Of a DNA stretch of 64,000 bases, positions 33,321-48,781 are shown piece after piece. Within the stretch, counting starts at the first letter, position 1. Each line of letters begins with the position of its first letter. The position numbers and the translations under genes are program-made. This DNA is from the human T2T-CHM13v2.0 reference genome, Homo sapiens: assembly GCF_009914755.1 (NCBI RefSeq), contig NC_060942.1, one strand, 5' to 3'. Below the pieces are notes generated by a model. The model was not told where the DNA came from. It saw only the letters and a program-made list of their open reading frames with translations, and searched no databases.

Positions 33321-35719
33321 AGTTGCGGAATGAGAGGGTAGGGGGTGGACACACAGAGGGGAAGATGGCCCCCTTGCCATCTGTCCACCACAGGGCACTG
33401 CGTGGAGTAAAATGCTGCAGAGAAGAGTGCATTCTGGGAAAAAAAGAGGAACATATCCCAGCCCCTAACCAGTGAGTAGCTCCTTCTCTGGTGATTGAAT
33501 TCCCTTAATGCACAGCACTATAGATTCCCACAATGAAAGGGACACCCACGTTCATATTTAAGTGCTGTGTCAAAATTCTTTCCAGAGCCAAATATAGGTG
33601 ATTTGGGAATTGAGCCTACTGTACTGCTTCCACATTCCTTTGGCACAGAAAACTGAAAAGTCACAACTTCTAAAATCAAGAAAACTGGTGAGATACCTTG
33701 GGGTAGAGAAACCTGCATATAAACAGATAAAAGATCGAGTGTTCACCCTTCACCTCAGCTCAACAAACAAACTCTTGTTACGATTATACAAGGGTGAGCT
33801 TGAGCAAAGGTGCTGTCTTTGGTGGAAGAAACGTAGTTTTGAGTTGTTTGCTCTTTGACAGTCTCTGATGGCATGTGAGTCTGGTGCATTGCTGTGGGCT
33901 GCGCTGGGCACAAGTTGCATAACCCGCTTTTGGAAGAGGAGACAAAGCATTCAAAGCCCTAAACACTCTGTTGGTGAATCATCATGTTTATTGAGTGTGC
34001 TTTTAGTGGCAGGGCCCTGAGCACCTGGGAAAGGAGATGAGGAGCGCTGGAGGGTTCGGAGCAGAGAAGACGAGACAATGCTCTGCTCCAAGCGCCAGAG
34101 GAGGCTTCTGGGAAGGGGCTGTCTGTGGAATTTCTGACCCCCAGAGCCCTGCTGGTGAAGTCTTGCAACCACTAAAGCCTTGCCAGAGAAGAGGAGGGAC
34201 CTGACACTGGGCAGTGGCGGTGCCAGCAGTGAGCACAGGCGGGGTCTAGGTGGGATCACTGAAGCCAAGCCAAGTGGTGCAGGGGGAGCCGCCCTGGACC
34301 AACACCCCCATGGCTGCCCCACTGCGGAACTGCCTACTGCGGCAAAACAATCCTATGTCCCCCAAGGTTTCAACAAAGAGGAGGACCGAATAAATGTCCC
34401 AGTGGGCAGGCACACCCACAAGACTTGCTGCTCCTCCTGACCCACCCGCATGGCTCTGCACAGCTGTGAGTCCAGTTTTCTCTCTTCCTACCTCCCTCTT
34501 ACCCCAGTTATCCTGACCCCAGGGTGAGGTTGAAACTCATGCTAGGCTAACATCTCTTTCCTTCATCCCATTCATAAAACTGGCATACAGGAATGTTTTA
34601 AAAAAATCTTTAAGATTACCAGTAGTATAAAAGTTAAAATGACAAAATTACAGGCCCGTTACCAGATCTTCGTACTAACCAAGGAGCTGGTGACACTACC
34701 CTCTTCCCTGTGTGATAGAAAATGCAGACGTTTTGCAGGCAGACCTGGTTCATGACTCAGCGCTGTGACTTGCGGACTTATCTTGTGCAGCTACATCACT
34801 TCTTAGCCTTGTTTTCAACATGCGTAAGCAGAAGGTACTAATATTAGTCTTTAGGGCTGGTTTGAGGATGACGTGAGATGAGAGACAACCAAGCACTCAC
34901 TGGCAGTTCCTAGAAGATTCCAGTAGTAGAGATCTGACTGTCCTACACTACTTTCCCTCCCTGTCTCTGACACTTGTACATTCCTGGGCTCAGGAGCCAT
35001 CTCAGTCATCATGTCGGACCACGTAACTATAACCAAGCTCTGCTGCCCACCTGGGACACCTTCCCACTCTTTGCAACTAGGTCGGAGGGACGCACCTTCT
35101 CCACAGTTGACAGGACTGTTATGGTTGACCCAAAAGTTGTCATCTTCTGACATGACACACTGAGGGAAGTAGACTTACCCAATATAACTTCACATTATAC
35201 TGTCTTAAAAGACTATGATTAAAATGGGCATCAGTGTAGGCAACATGTAGGGCGCAAAGAATAGCCAGATGTGAAGGTTGAAAGGCTATGTGGGCTAGTT
35301 TGTCATGGTATTCCTGGTGCCTCTCCCCGTTTGGGAAGAATAACACATTGACCACCGGCTCAGAGGAGGTGGCATTATAGGTCCAGGCCCCTTCAGGAGG
35401 GCACTGGAGTCAATGAAAGCTTTTGCTCTCACCCAGGCTCTTGGTTTCTCACGGGCAGGGGTAGCCCAGGAAACAAAGGCTGTATAGACTTTAAGTCGTG
35501 AGAAAAACGACATTCTTATGGTGAGGCTCTTAGAGACTGTCTCCATTTAAGCAGCAGCAGTAAAACATCTTACCCTAAAATGAAGAAGCAAATCCATTTT
35601 TATTGGCTTTTATAGCCTCTCTCTTTCAATGACAAAGAAACCATTAAAATGAATGTTTAAAGTTCTTAGAAGAGCTTTCTCTAAATATTTACTCTGTCAG
35701 TGGAAAAATAAACATTTTT

Positions 35720-36840
35720 TACATCGGGTCTATTGAGTTTGTTATATACAGTAAAATTCACCCTTTTTAGATATATAGTTTTATGAGTTTTAACAAAAAT
35801 ACATAGTTGTGTAACCACCACCATCACAATCAAGATATAGAATATTTCAACATCCCAAAGTTCCCGTTTCCCTTTTCAGTCAATCCCTTCCCCACTACCC
35901 CTAGCCCCTGGCAACCATTATCTGTTCTCTCTTCCCATAGTTTCACCTTTTCCAATTTGTCGTGTAGAGTTACACAGCACATAGCCATTTGAGTCTGGCT
36001 TCTTTCCACATAATGTCCTTGAGATCCATCGGTGGGTACACCAGTAGTTCCATTTTTTTTCTGAGTAGTAGTCCATTGTATGGATGTACTGCGGTTTATT
36101 CACCAACATATGGGTTCTTTCCTGTTTGGGGAGATTACAAATAAAGCTACTATAAAAACTCGTGTGGATGTGTGCTTTCACTTGTCTTGAGTAAATATCC
36201 AGGAGTGGGATTACGGGATCGTATGGTAAATATCAGTTTAACTTTATAAGAAACTGCAAAACTGTTTTCTAAAGTGTCTGTACCATTTTGCATTCCCATC
36301 AGCAATGCATGAGAGTTCTAGTTGCTCCACATCCTCACCAGCATTTGGTATCATCAGTTATTTGCTGGTTTGCTTTAATGCTTGCCATTCTTATAGGTGT
36401 ATAGTATCTCACTGTGGCTTTCTTTTCAGTCTGTGACTGAATACCTTCTCGTGTGCTTATTTGGCTATCTTTGTCTCTTATTTGATGAAGTATGTTCAAA
36501 TCTTTTGCTCATTTTTTTTCTTTCTTTTTGTGAGATAGGGTCTCGCTCTGTCACCGAGGCTGGAGTGCAGTGGTGTGATCACAGCTCACTGAAGCCTCGA
36601 TTTCCCAGGCTCAAATGATCCTCCTACCTCAGACTCCTGGATAGCTGGGCCTAGATATGTGCCACCATGCCCAGCTAACTTTTTAATTTTTCTGTAGTGA
36701 GAGGGTCTTGCTATGTCATCCAGGCTGGTTTCAAATTCCTGACCTCAAGCAATCCTCCCACTCTGGCCTCCAAAGAGCTGGGATTGTTTGTTTTTAATTG
36801 TTTTCTTATTGAGTTTTGAAAGTTCTTTATATATTCTGGA
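35720..36840 (-). mobile_element. L1M 3' fragment with a nested AluJ (36511-36785)
   Basis: agttgtgtaaccaccaccatcacaatcaagatatagaa...tgtaccattttgcattcccatcagcaatgcatgagagttc. Confidence 0.8.
36140..36145 (+). terminator. Distal poly(A) signal AATAAA, inside an antisense L1 fragment
   Basis: canonical hexamer followed by GU-rich gtgtggatgtgtgctttc. Confidence 0.55.
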
Positions 36841-37141
36841 AAGTGGAATAAGCATGTTTAAAGTTTTTAGAGCATTTCTGTAAGTATCTGTTATGATTAG
36901 AAAAAAATGAAGACATAATTTTTCATTTTTTAAAAAATTATGTTTCAGGAGATGTACACCAGTAGTGTTTATTCAGAGTACATTTTTCCACATTTACACA
37001 GCGGGACTCCCAATGTCAGGGCCCAGTTCTGAGCTGCCATGTCCTAGAATTGTCCTATATCCTTATGGAATGCAGCAGTCACCCTCCTAGGGGCCCATTC
37101 TCCCGTGGAAACTGAGTTTTGTAACACACATGCTGATATAA

Positions 37142-37510
<369 letters not shown>

Positions 37511-38499
37511 TGATTATTTTATATATTAAGGAGAATATTATAATGAGTGCTGGGTGAGGGAAAAAATAAAAACAGAGTGCAAATGCCATCATCCTCTATG
37601 CCTGGCAAGGGAGACAGCAAGCATCCCCGGGACAGATTTTGTTGGCATGAGGAAAGTTGTTTAATCACATCAGTGTAAGTCCAGTTGGTTTGTGTTGGTC
37701 TGGTAAATATCATATGGTAAATATCTGTTTGTTGTGACCAGAGCACAACAAACATGCCTCTGCAGTTGTCCCTTAGTCCACAGAGCCTGTGCTGGGTGAC
37801 AAGAAAGGCCCCAAGAGGGTCAACAACTGGGAGCTTCTCTGAAGGATTAAGATTCCCCAGCAGGGAAGGATACCCAGGGTGCTAAAGGTGCACCTGGGCT
37901 GATGGCCTGACGTGGAAGGTTTGTGGGAGAGATTTGGGGCTGGACAAGTGGATGCTCCTGCACATCCAGCCGCCTCTGACTCAGCTCTGGAGACAAAGGC
38001 AGAGCATGTGAGTGAGGGAGGTCTGATTTTAACCCTGAAGCCCAAGCCTCCCCTCGGGGGTAGAGAAGTATGTGTATGCATAAGACCAGTGCCCAGCAGT
38101 GAGCAGAGGCCATGACTGAGGCAGGAGACAGGGACTGTAGTCCCTTCAGGCTACTGAAGTCACTAGCCTTCCTCACCCTCTCTGGAGCATTTGGAAGGAG
38201 AATGTGTCTGCTTTGGACCAAGTAAGATGTTGGAGTTTGTAGACGACTGGTGGGGGAGGCTTCAAATGTGAGCAGTTTGACATATGGGAGCTCCAGCTAT
38301 TAATATTAATTGGAAAAATGATGAGCTGTGACTGTGTTTATACTTGCAGCTAGTGAAGCCGACTATGCCAGAGACGGGCAGATGTTGGGAAAAAAGGAAT
38401 CAGGGCATTATGAACCTTACCCGAACCAGCCTTCCCAAGAGCAGGTACTCTTGAAAATATAAAACTCCAGTCGAATTTCATCAGCCTTCACATAAAACT

Positions 38500-39000
38500 T
38501 CACGGCTCTCTGTTGTTCGTGGAATACAGACCAAAGGCTTTCAGATGGTCCTCATGGCTCCCCACCCTCCAGCCTCATCTCACGCTACTCTCCCCACCTC
38601 CAGCTGCACTGGTCTCTCCAGTGCACACACTGCCTACCTTGGGGGCTTTGCACATGTGATTTTCTCTGACTGCAGCATTCTTCCTGGTTTTTCCCTTGGT
38701 TAGATCCAATTCACCTCTCAGTTCAAACAGCACTTCCTCAGGGCAGCATTTCCTAACTGCCCTTCCTCCCTGAGACCAGACTGGTCCCCTTTTTAGGGGT
38801 GCTTAGAGATGCTGGAATGTATCCTTTGTGGCATTATTCCAGCTTGTAATGATAAATTTATTTTAGAATTTGAATAGGACCTGTCTCACCACCACACACA
38901 CACGCACACACACACACGCACACACGCCACTGTATCCAGCAGGCAGCATGATTCCTGGCATATGTGGATGCTCAAGAAACATGTGCTGAATGAGTGAATG
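38500..39000 (+). mobile_element. L2 3' fragment containing an imperfect (CA)n at 38890-38927
   Basis: ends cctggcatatgtggatgctcaagaaacatgtgctgaatgagtgaatg, a typical L2 tail. Confidence 0.6.
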
Positions 39001-39390
39001 CAGGTGATATGCCCTGAACCCTCAGGAACACCCTTAAACCTCACTGCCTCGCCGTCATCCCAACTTCCTTACTGCGTTTTCACACGCTGACCAAAGTCCA
39101 GACAAGGCTACTATGTCCAAAGGAGAGATTTCAAAGCAGAATTCATAAGGCAAGCTAAAGGAAACAAAACTGAAGAAGCGATTTCATACAGGTGAGCCCA
39201 AGGCAATACCCTGTGAAGAAGCAACAGCACATGGTAGACTGAAATATGAGATTGTTTAGAAATTCCTTCAAGAAAAGCAAAATCTTGAGCTGACAAGATC
39301 AAGAACTCATGCTCATATCTGGGTTCCCAAAGGAAGCAGGAAAAATAAGAACCTCTAACAATGCCTTAGGGAGTCAAGGAAAATGAAACT

Positions 39391-39480
39391 GGCTGGGTGC
39401 GGTGGCTCACGCCTGTAATTCCAACACTTTGGGAGGCAGAGATGGGCAGATGGCTTGAGGTCAGGAGTTCGAGACCTGCC
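39391..39480 (+). mobile_element. Alu left-arm fragment, 3'-truncated
   Basis: ggctgggtgcggtggctcacgcctgtaat...gagttcgagacc followed by unrelated sequence. Confidence 0.85.
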
Positions 39481-39719
39481 CACGGTTAGGATGACTTTGT
39501 GGATAGGCGGTCATGTTTATATCTAGTAATTTTTGCTTCCTCCAAGGCATTCTGCTTTCAGCTGTAAAAAAATGCTATGAACTAGAGTTAAACTGATTTG
39601 GATAGGCAGAGTCAATGACGGAAATATTCTTTTCATACCACAAATCTTTTCATTAGAATCAGATTTAGTCCCAAATTAAATAGTAAGTCATAGAACTTTG
39701 CATTGAAAACTTTATATCT

Positions 39720-40865
39720 ATGATGGTTAATTTTATGTATAAATATGACTAAGCCACAGGATGTCCAGATATCTGGTTAAACATTATTTCTGCCTCTATG
39801 AAGAGACACACATTTGAATCAGTAGACAGAGTAAAGAAGACCCACCCTCACCAGTGTGCAGGCATCATCCAGTTCGTTGAGGGCCAAATACAATAAAAAG
39901 ACAGAGGAAGGTTGAATTTTCCTCTCTGCCTGACAACTTGAGCTGGGACATCCATGGATTCTGTCTTACCCTCTGTGCACCTTGTTCTCAGGCCTTCAGA
40001 CTTGGACTGAAGTTTATACCATCAGCCCTCTGGTTCTGAGGCCTTTGAACTACACCAACAGCTTTCCAGACAACAGATCTCCAACTTGCAATAGATCATA
40101 GGACTTCTTGGCCTCCATAATTGCACGAACCAATTCCTTATCATTAATAACTCAATCAGTCTCTCTATATATGTGATGGTTAATACTGAGTGTCAACTGG
40201 GTTGGATTGAAGAATGCAAAGTATTGATTCTGGGTGTATCTGTGAGGGTGTTGCCAAAGGAGATTAACATTTGAGTCAGTGGACTGGGAGAGGCAGACTC
40301 ACCCTCAATCTGGGTGGGGACCATCTAATCAGCTGCCAGCACAGCTAGAATATAAAGCAGGCAGAAAAACATGAAAAGACTAGACTGGCCTAGCTTCCCA
40401 GCCTACATCTTTCTCCCATGCTGGATGCTTCCTGCCCTTGAACGTCAGACTCCAAGTTCTTCAGTTTTGGGACTCGGACTGGCTCTCCTTTCTCCTCAGC
40501 TTGCAGACGGCCTGTTGTGGGACCTTGTGATTGGGTGAGTTAATACTTAATAAACTCCCTTTTATATATTTGTCTATCCTATTAGTTCTGTCCCTCTAGA
40601 GACCCCTAATACATTATATATTACATATATACATATAAATACATATATAATACATATAAAATATCTATGTCTATGTATGTATATTTCTCTATATACATAT
40701 ATTTATATATGTGTGTGTATATATATGCATGTGTGTATATATATATACACACACATGTATCTACATGTATATATATGCACACACACATCTATCTATAGAT
40801 CTACCTCTCTCTCTCTTTCTTTCTCTATCTATGGTTCTATTTCTCTGGAGAGCTCTAACATTACA
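39720..40865 (+). mobile_element. MLT2B-like ERVL LTR containing a nested MLT2A-like LTR (40172-40613) and a (TA/CA)n tract (40615-40830)
   Basis: two tgatggttaat starts and two ttct..ctct.gaga..(c)taa..aca ends. Confidence 0.75.
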
Positions 40866-41479
40866 TCCTTAGATTGTAACTTGTTGGCGCTATGCCCCCA
40901 AAGAGATTCCTTTCTGTGATAAGATGACACTGGTTATCCTTTTTTAGCACCTAGAGCAAATGCAAATACGTGTGCAATGTCAGAAGGATGGGCAGCCCAC
41001 TCAGTAGCTGATGGGCATTTGTCCATTATTGCTGCCAGGCCCTGTGGATCTGTGTTCATGACCATATGTTCATTATAAATAATGAAATCACCATCATGAC
41101 ATGGCTGAGAGATCTTTAAACCTGAACAAACAATTACAAATACAAACCCAGACACACCATGTCTGAGCATCCATGGATGGTGTGGACAATGAGCAGGCAT
41201 CCATGGACTAGAGGACATTCACCAAGAGGGACAGATGGTGGCCACTGTTCTTCAAGAACACTACAGTCAGTCATAGGCCCTGTCACCCAAGCCACTTCTG
41301 TTTCCTGCTCAGAGAAAAGCAGCTACAGTGTAGCACCTGGGCTAGTTATTTGAAAAGCAAAGGAGTCACTCCCCCTTTGCTCCACTTGCCCGCCTTCCCC
41401 ATGCTTATTTCCCTTAAGAGTTTTAATGAAAGGTTATTCAACATCAGCATACGCAGAGAGTCACAAAATGACTCATTTT

Positions 41480-42465
41480 AAAATACATCACTTTATTGAG
41501 TCAGTATCATGTACATGAGGGAAGGTTCACCTTTTTACATCTACAGTTCTATGAATTCTGACAAATGCATGTAGTCATGCAACCACCACCACAATCACGA
41601 CATAGACCATCTCCATCACTGTAAAATGTTCCTTCCTGCTCCTTTGTAGTCAATTGTCTTCCCCACCTGAGCCCCTGGCAACAACTGATCTGTTCTCTAT
41701 CCCTATAGCTTGGCCTTTCCCAGAATGTCACATAAACGGAATCATACTGTATGTAGTTGTTTGGATCTGGCTTCTTTCACTTAGCATAATGGCATGTTTT
41801 TGCATGTATCACTTGCTTGTTCCTTTTTATTGCTAAATAGTGTTTTTTTTTCTTTGCCTCGTTGTATTAGAATTTGTTTATCCATTCACCAGTTGAGTGA
41901 CAGATGGATTATTTCTGGTTTTGAGAAACTATGAATAAAACTGCTGTCAACACTCACTGTGGGTTTCTGTAGTGACAGAGCTTTGTGGACATAAGTTTTC
42001 ACTTCTCTTGGGTAACTAGGAGTGGGACTGCTGGATTGTGTAAGTGTCTTAGACTGTTCCAGCTGCTATAACAAAATACCATAGGCTAGGTGGCTTATAA
42101 ACAGTAGAAATGTATTTCTCACAATCCTGGAGGCTAAGTCCAAAATCAGGGTGCCAGCCTGGCCGAGTTGTGGTGAGGGCCCTCTTCTGGGTTGCAGACT
42201 GGCAAAGTCCTGCTGTACCCTCACGTGGCAGAAGGGCAAGACAGCTCTCTGGGCCTCTTTTATGAGGACACTAATTCCATTCATGAGGGCTCCTCCCACC
42301 TCATGGCCCCACCTCCTAATACCATCTTCTTGGTGATTAGGTTTCAACATATGAATTTGGGAAGACACGGACATTCAGACCACAGCATGTGTGTTTACAA
42401 CACAGCAATGCATGGAAGAGCCAATGGCTCCGCATCCCCCCGGCATTTGGTGTTGGCCACAGACT
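41480..42465 (-). mobile_element. L1M fragment interrupted by an MLT1A-like LTR (42046-42387)
   Basis: antisense L1 3' motifs; gctgctataacaaaataccataggctaggtggcttataaac...cattcagaccacagca. Confidence 0.75.
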
Positions 42466-44004
42466 GACTCTATAAGCAGTTTAAAATAGTTGCTAATGAT
42501 AAGAAGTTTGTTTTACTTGTTTGTTTTCCTAAAAGCACAGCTTCTATAGGTTTTAGATCTATCCAAAGAAGTTAATAATGAGATAAAGTATGCTTCTGGG
42601 TAATTGCACTCTTACATGATGACTTTTTCCCTCTTATCATTTAATTAAGACTTTTACAATCAACATCCTTGATACCAAAGCAGTAGGTAGGATAGCAATT
42701 GGTTCTGTGTTCAAGAAGTGTTTTTAAACATTCAAATGAGCTTGCATTGTCATTAAAAGAAAGCTTTCCACTTCTTAGTGCTGTTTTGAAATGAATGTAA
42801 AGATTCCTGTGCTCTGGGAAAAAGCAAACCCATAATTAGAACAATGGCAGCCTTGGACTGTTCTCATTTCTCTTCCAGGAAATGGTTTTTTAAAAGTTAT
42901 TGGTCTACATGATGCATATGGATTATCTTCTTTCAGAATGACGCACAGCCAATTTAGAATACTGAGTTGCCCCAAATTTCCCTATAACTCCCTTCACTGC
43001 CCAATCCAACCGATTTTGTTTTCTACTCAGTACAAACATGCTACAAACTAATTTTAAATCATTAGCATTGTCCAAATGGAACATAATTAGAGAATTAACA
43101 CTGTTACAAAAATAATTACGTAAACCAATATAAAGACTAGTACTCATAGCTTCAGGTGTTCACTGTGTTTGGAGCGTCAGTTTTACAGTTCTTCATTCGC
43201 CTAGGAAATTGAAAATAAAATGTGTTCGTTCAGCAACAGTGTGACAGCGGAAGACACAGAGGAGGAGAGCCACTTGGGGTAGGACTCCTCTGCCCTCTTT
43301 GGCCTGTTGTCCAGCAGCGGTTCACAAGCCAAGTCAACACTATTTGTAAACTCAGCACTTTACAAACAAAACACAGAGACTTCTGTGCAGGCTTTTGCTA
43401 ATTGTCCTTAGCAGCATTGTTGAATGTTTGAATTATCAGATAGACCGGGGCTGTGGGCTTAGTTTCCCTAGAATGGCTTCTAGATGTCTCTCTTGAGGTC
43501 CTCAGGCCTGAGGGCTGTGCAGGGAAGAATGAGAAGCTGTGATTTAGGTCCTTGATTGGAAACTACTGAAGCCCCATAGAAACAGAAAGGTAAAAGATGA
43601 AAACTTTGCAGGACGCAGTACTGTTCACTATAGCCTCCAGGATTCCAGCAAAATTATTTGTGTCCTCAATGATTGACCCCAAATAAAAGAGAACAGTAGG
43701 AGGAGAGAATGGGACTAACATTAGTTAAACTTAACTACTATGCGCTGATCATTGCACTAGAGTCTGTTTCATAAATTTTCAAATTTAATCCTATCAGCCA
43801 TCTTATGAATGAGATATGATCTCCCACAGGTACTTATAGCTGGGGAACCTGGAGGTCAGAGAGGTTAAGTAACTTGCTCATGTTGCTATTGTAGTGGCCA
43901 AACTCAAAGTCCCTCCAGACCTGACTCCAAAGCTTGTTCTCTTCCCACTACCCCACAATAGCCTCCCCAAAGACCTGACAGCATTCCTTAAAAATCCTAC
44001 CCTC

Positions 44005-44195
44005 ACCAGCATTGCCAAGAAAATCCAAGATGCCCAGTTAAATTCTCAGATAAAGAGCTAGTACTTTCTTAGTATTTATATGTCTCAAATATTGCATAGG
44101 ACCTACATATATACTAACAGTCATCCTTTGCTTATCCTAAATTCGAACTTAACTGGGCATCCTGTAGTTTTATTTGCTAAATCTAGCAGCCTAGC
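44005..44195. mobile_element. MER53-like palindromic hAT MITE
   Basis: inverted gatgcccagttaa / ttaactgggcatc arms around an AT-rich core. Confidence 0.7.
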
Positions 44196-45339
44196 CCTCA
44201 CTGACGCTTTCTGGCCACATGATGGTGATGTCAATGTTCTGAAGTTTGCTCTTCATTATTAAATCATTCAAAAAAGAGTTCTTCCCATTTTGAGGGATGG
44301 TGGAGTGATGAGGAAGTGTTCTAAGGGAGGGGTCCATTTGAGCATAACCATGTGTGAGAAAATAACAGGCACTTCCTTCTTTATGGATCACTGCACTGGA
44401 ATAGGCTGGAAAGTGCTGGGCTGGCTGGGTAGATTTGCATGATGCCCAGGTGTCTAATGCAGAACTTTCCAAAGTGTGTTTTGTGGAGCCCCAGTTCATG
44501 AGCTACTTATTTTGTGGACACGTAACTTTAGGAGAGGCTATGAATGGCACTCCCCTTGGAGAATATCCCCTGGGCATGCTCTGGTATTAGAGAAAGCCTA
44601 GAGAAGAGACTGTATTAATTCTCTAGACCTTAGACCTTATCAGTCTCCCTGGAGACAACAGGTGGAGCCCCCTTCCTGTGGGAGGACAAGAAACCCAGTG
44701 CTGACTTGGGTCCCATTCTCAGGCTGTTTCTGAGACTCTTCAAGCCATGTTTACAGGTTCTTTTTTATTCTGGGGCCCTTGGTACAGAGTTGAGTCAAAA
44801 GTGCTCAGTTGCCAGCACAGAGCCTCTGTGGTCTGTAAATCCTCAGCAGTGTCAATCCTATAAATCCCGGGCTGGGCTGCACTCCACCTTCCCTACTTCA
44901 CCCTTGCCACCTTGTCACCTGCTTCTCCAGGCTGCTGTGCTCTTCCATGCTGATTCACACCCTGCTTCCTGTTTACCCTTCCCCAGCACAGAAAAGGCAA
45001 ATAGCACTGGACAGCCCACAACTCTAGAGTCAGCAGCATCTCTGTCTGGCCGTGGGGTGCTGGTAAACATTTAGCCACCTGCTGGAGGGGCTGAGCCCTA
45101 GCGTTTGCAATTCCTGTGATTTCAAGCTCCCGGCTGTGATGTTATTGAATGGAGTTGGGAAGAGATGCACAATAGCACATGTTTATATTGTATTTTCCTC
45201 GGACTGGTGCAATAGACCTCAAGAGCACTGATGAGAGAAAATGTAGTAAAATAATTATCAAGCAATGAACTCTGAGTATTTATGACCTCTGTTTTTAATA
45301 TAATTTATTTAATTGTAAACGTATATAATTTAGTTTTAA

Positions 45340-45641
45340 TTTAATTTTTTTTTAGAGACAAGGTCTCACTCTGTCACCCAAGCTGGGGTGCAGTGATGCA
45401 ATCATGGCTCACTGCAGCCTCCAACTCCTGGGCTCAAGGAATCCTCCTGCCTCAGCCTTTCGAGCAGGTGTGTGCCACCACCATCCCTGAGCCCAACGTC
45501 AATCATTCTTTTTGAATTTTTTGTAGAAACAGGGACTTTCTCTCCCACCCAGGCTGGTCTTGAACTCCTGGCCTCAAGCAATCCTCCTGCCTCGGCCTCC
45601 CAAAGTTCTGGAATTATAGGCGTGAGCTGCCACACCCAGCC
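45340..45641 (-). mobile_element. Alu (J-type) nested in a probable MER63-like DNA element
   Basis: antisense Alu; TSD tataatttagttttaa. Confidence 0.85.
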
Positions 45642-46111
45642 TATAATTTAGTTTTAAATGATGGCCATGTTTATCAACCAGCTTGCAAAATTCCTGAAAA
45701 TTTTACAATCGGCTCTTACAAGTCCATAGAGCTAGTTCCAGCACACTACTGTGAGTTTCAGGGTAGACCTCTCCTTAGCCTTCAGCTGGGCTCCAAATTG
45801 CAGGGCCTGTAACTTCCATCCATCACCCACTTCTCCCATCTCCACCACAAGCAATGGGAATGTACTTGAAACCATGTTTACCCTACTCGGAAACGACGCC
45901 CAACTCCTTCCCCTGAAAAACTCTGCAAGATGCAAACCTGCCACTTGTGAAGATCAGCCTTGAGATTATCACACAGGTCCCTTTATCTTGAGCCACCATC
46001 ATTCAGAACAGAATAGTTGCTTCACTTTGCATAAACAAAAGGGCAATCATGTATTTTTCTCAAAGCAAAAGAATAGTCTGCTCCCAAAGGTGAATTCTAG
46101 TTTCTAGCTGA

Positions 46112-46932
<821 letters not shown>

Positions 46933-47424
46933 TTTGGGTACCTAGCTCTGACTGCAAAGATCTATTACTCCCTCCCAGAACTTAAAAAGATTCAGACAAA
47001 AGAGGATACCACTAGGACAGTGGGGTTTCTGCTGTGGTCCCGCGTTTGTTCTGGAAGTCTCAGGTTTGCCCTCTGAATCCACACTGTGTCCTTCTCTGTC
47101 TGCCCTGCTCTGGGCCAAAGCTGACATACAATGGACCACACCAACAGGACCCTCTGCACTCTCGCTTCTGGTTGTGCCACTAGGAGGCCGCAGCAGGAGA
47201 CAGGAGAGAGAGAGGGAGGCCAGGGCATGGATTCTGCCAGCTCCCTCCTGCAGGTCAGCTGTAGCTGAAGATCGCAGCTCTCATCACGCTTCTCCCAGCT
47301 TCTCTGTGTCCAGGTTCCACTAGCCCCTCCCATCCTGGCCTCTAGAATGAAGGGTGGTAATGTACCCACTGGCCCCAGTGTCCCCTAGTATACCACACTA
47401 TTCTTCATGATTTGCCTAAACCCT

Positions 47425-47809
47425 GTGTATGAGTCTTCTCGGGCTACCATAACAAAATACCACAGACTGGATGGCTTAGATGAAGAAATGTATTCTCTCA
47501 AAGTTCTAGAGGCCGAAGCCCAAGATCAAGATGCTGTCAGGATCCGTTTCTGGTGTGGGCCATCTTCCTGGCCTGCAGGTGGCCACCTTCTCATTGTGTC
47601 CTCACGTGGCCTTGTCTCTGTGTGCATACACTCCTGCTGTGTCTCCTCCTCTGCTTATGTGGACACCAGACCTATTGGACTAAGGTCCCACCCATATGGC
47701 CTCATTTAAAGTAAATTATCTCCCTAAAGCTCTATCTTCAAATACAGTGACAATGGAGGGTAGGAATTCAACATATGAATTTTGGGAGGACACAATTCAG
47801 TCTATGACA
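47425..47809 (-). mobile_element. MLT1-type (MaLR) LTR
   Basis: ctaccataacaaaataccacagactggatggctta...catatgaattttgggaggacacaattcag. Confidence 0.8.
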
Positions 47810-48470
47810 CCCTGCTCACATCTCAGTTAAGACTGAGACAAAGTCTTATGGGCGGGAGTTTTCTTGGGAAGTGGAGTGGGGGACCAGGGAGTGTGAAATT
47901 GGGGCGGAGGGAACATCAGTGCAACAGCAGAGCAACCAGCACTTGATCCCCCAGGACCTTCTGCAGAAGCACGAAGATTTTGCATCAGAACTGCCCACCT
48001 GCAAGATGGGTGGATTTCCGTACCCCTTCAGTAGAGGCTGTCCAGCGGGGAATTAACTCTCTGCTGGTTTCTGGCTGTACTTGTGTCATCTGTTTAGCAT
48101 GAGCTCCCATGGCCTCCAAGTCTCTACAGTGTCAGGGAAGTCCCAGGGCAAAGATGAAGGCAAAGTCCATCTGGGGTGAGGGATGTTAGCACCAAGCAGG
48201 TGGGGCCCCAAACTTCACTCCACCCATGGCTGGAGTCAAAGGTGGAGCACAGAGGATCAGAGTCAGAAACAAGGGCAGGAGATGCAAGTTCTTTTATTAA
48301 ATTCTCAAATTACCCAATTTGTGTGGGCCATCTCTTTCCTACCTGGACCTTGACACATTCAGAAGTCAACAGGACACTGTCCGAATGGGTTTTGGTTAGT
48401 AACTTCCTTATAGCGTCTCTCACTGTGGCTCACCCATCTGTGTTGTTCTCCTCATCCATTCAGGAGATGA

Positions 48471-48781
<311 letters not shown>

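Noticed and set aside
41153-41210. 12-bp palindrome CATCCATGGATG and repeated GCATCCATGGA
   Set aside because: Short enough to occur by chance in 64 kb and has no supporting context
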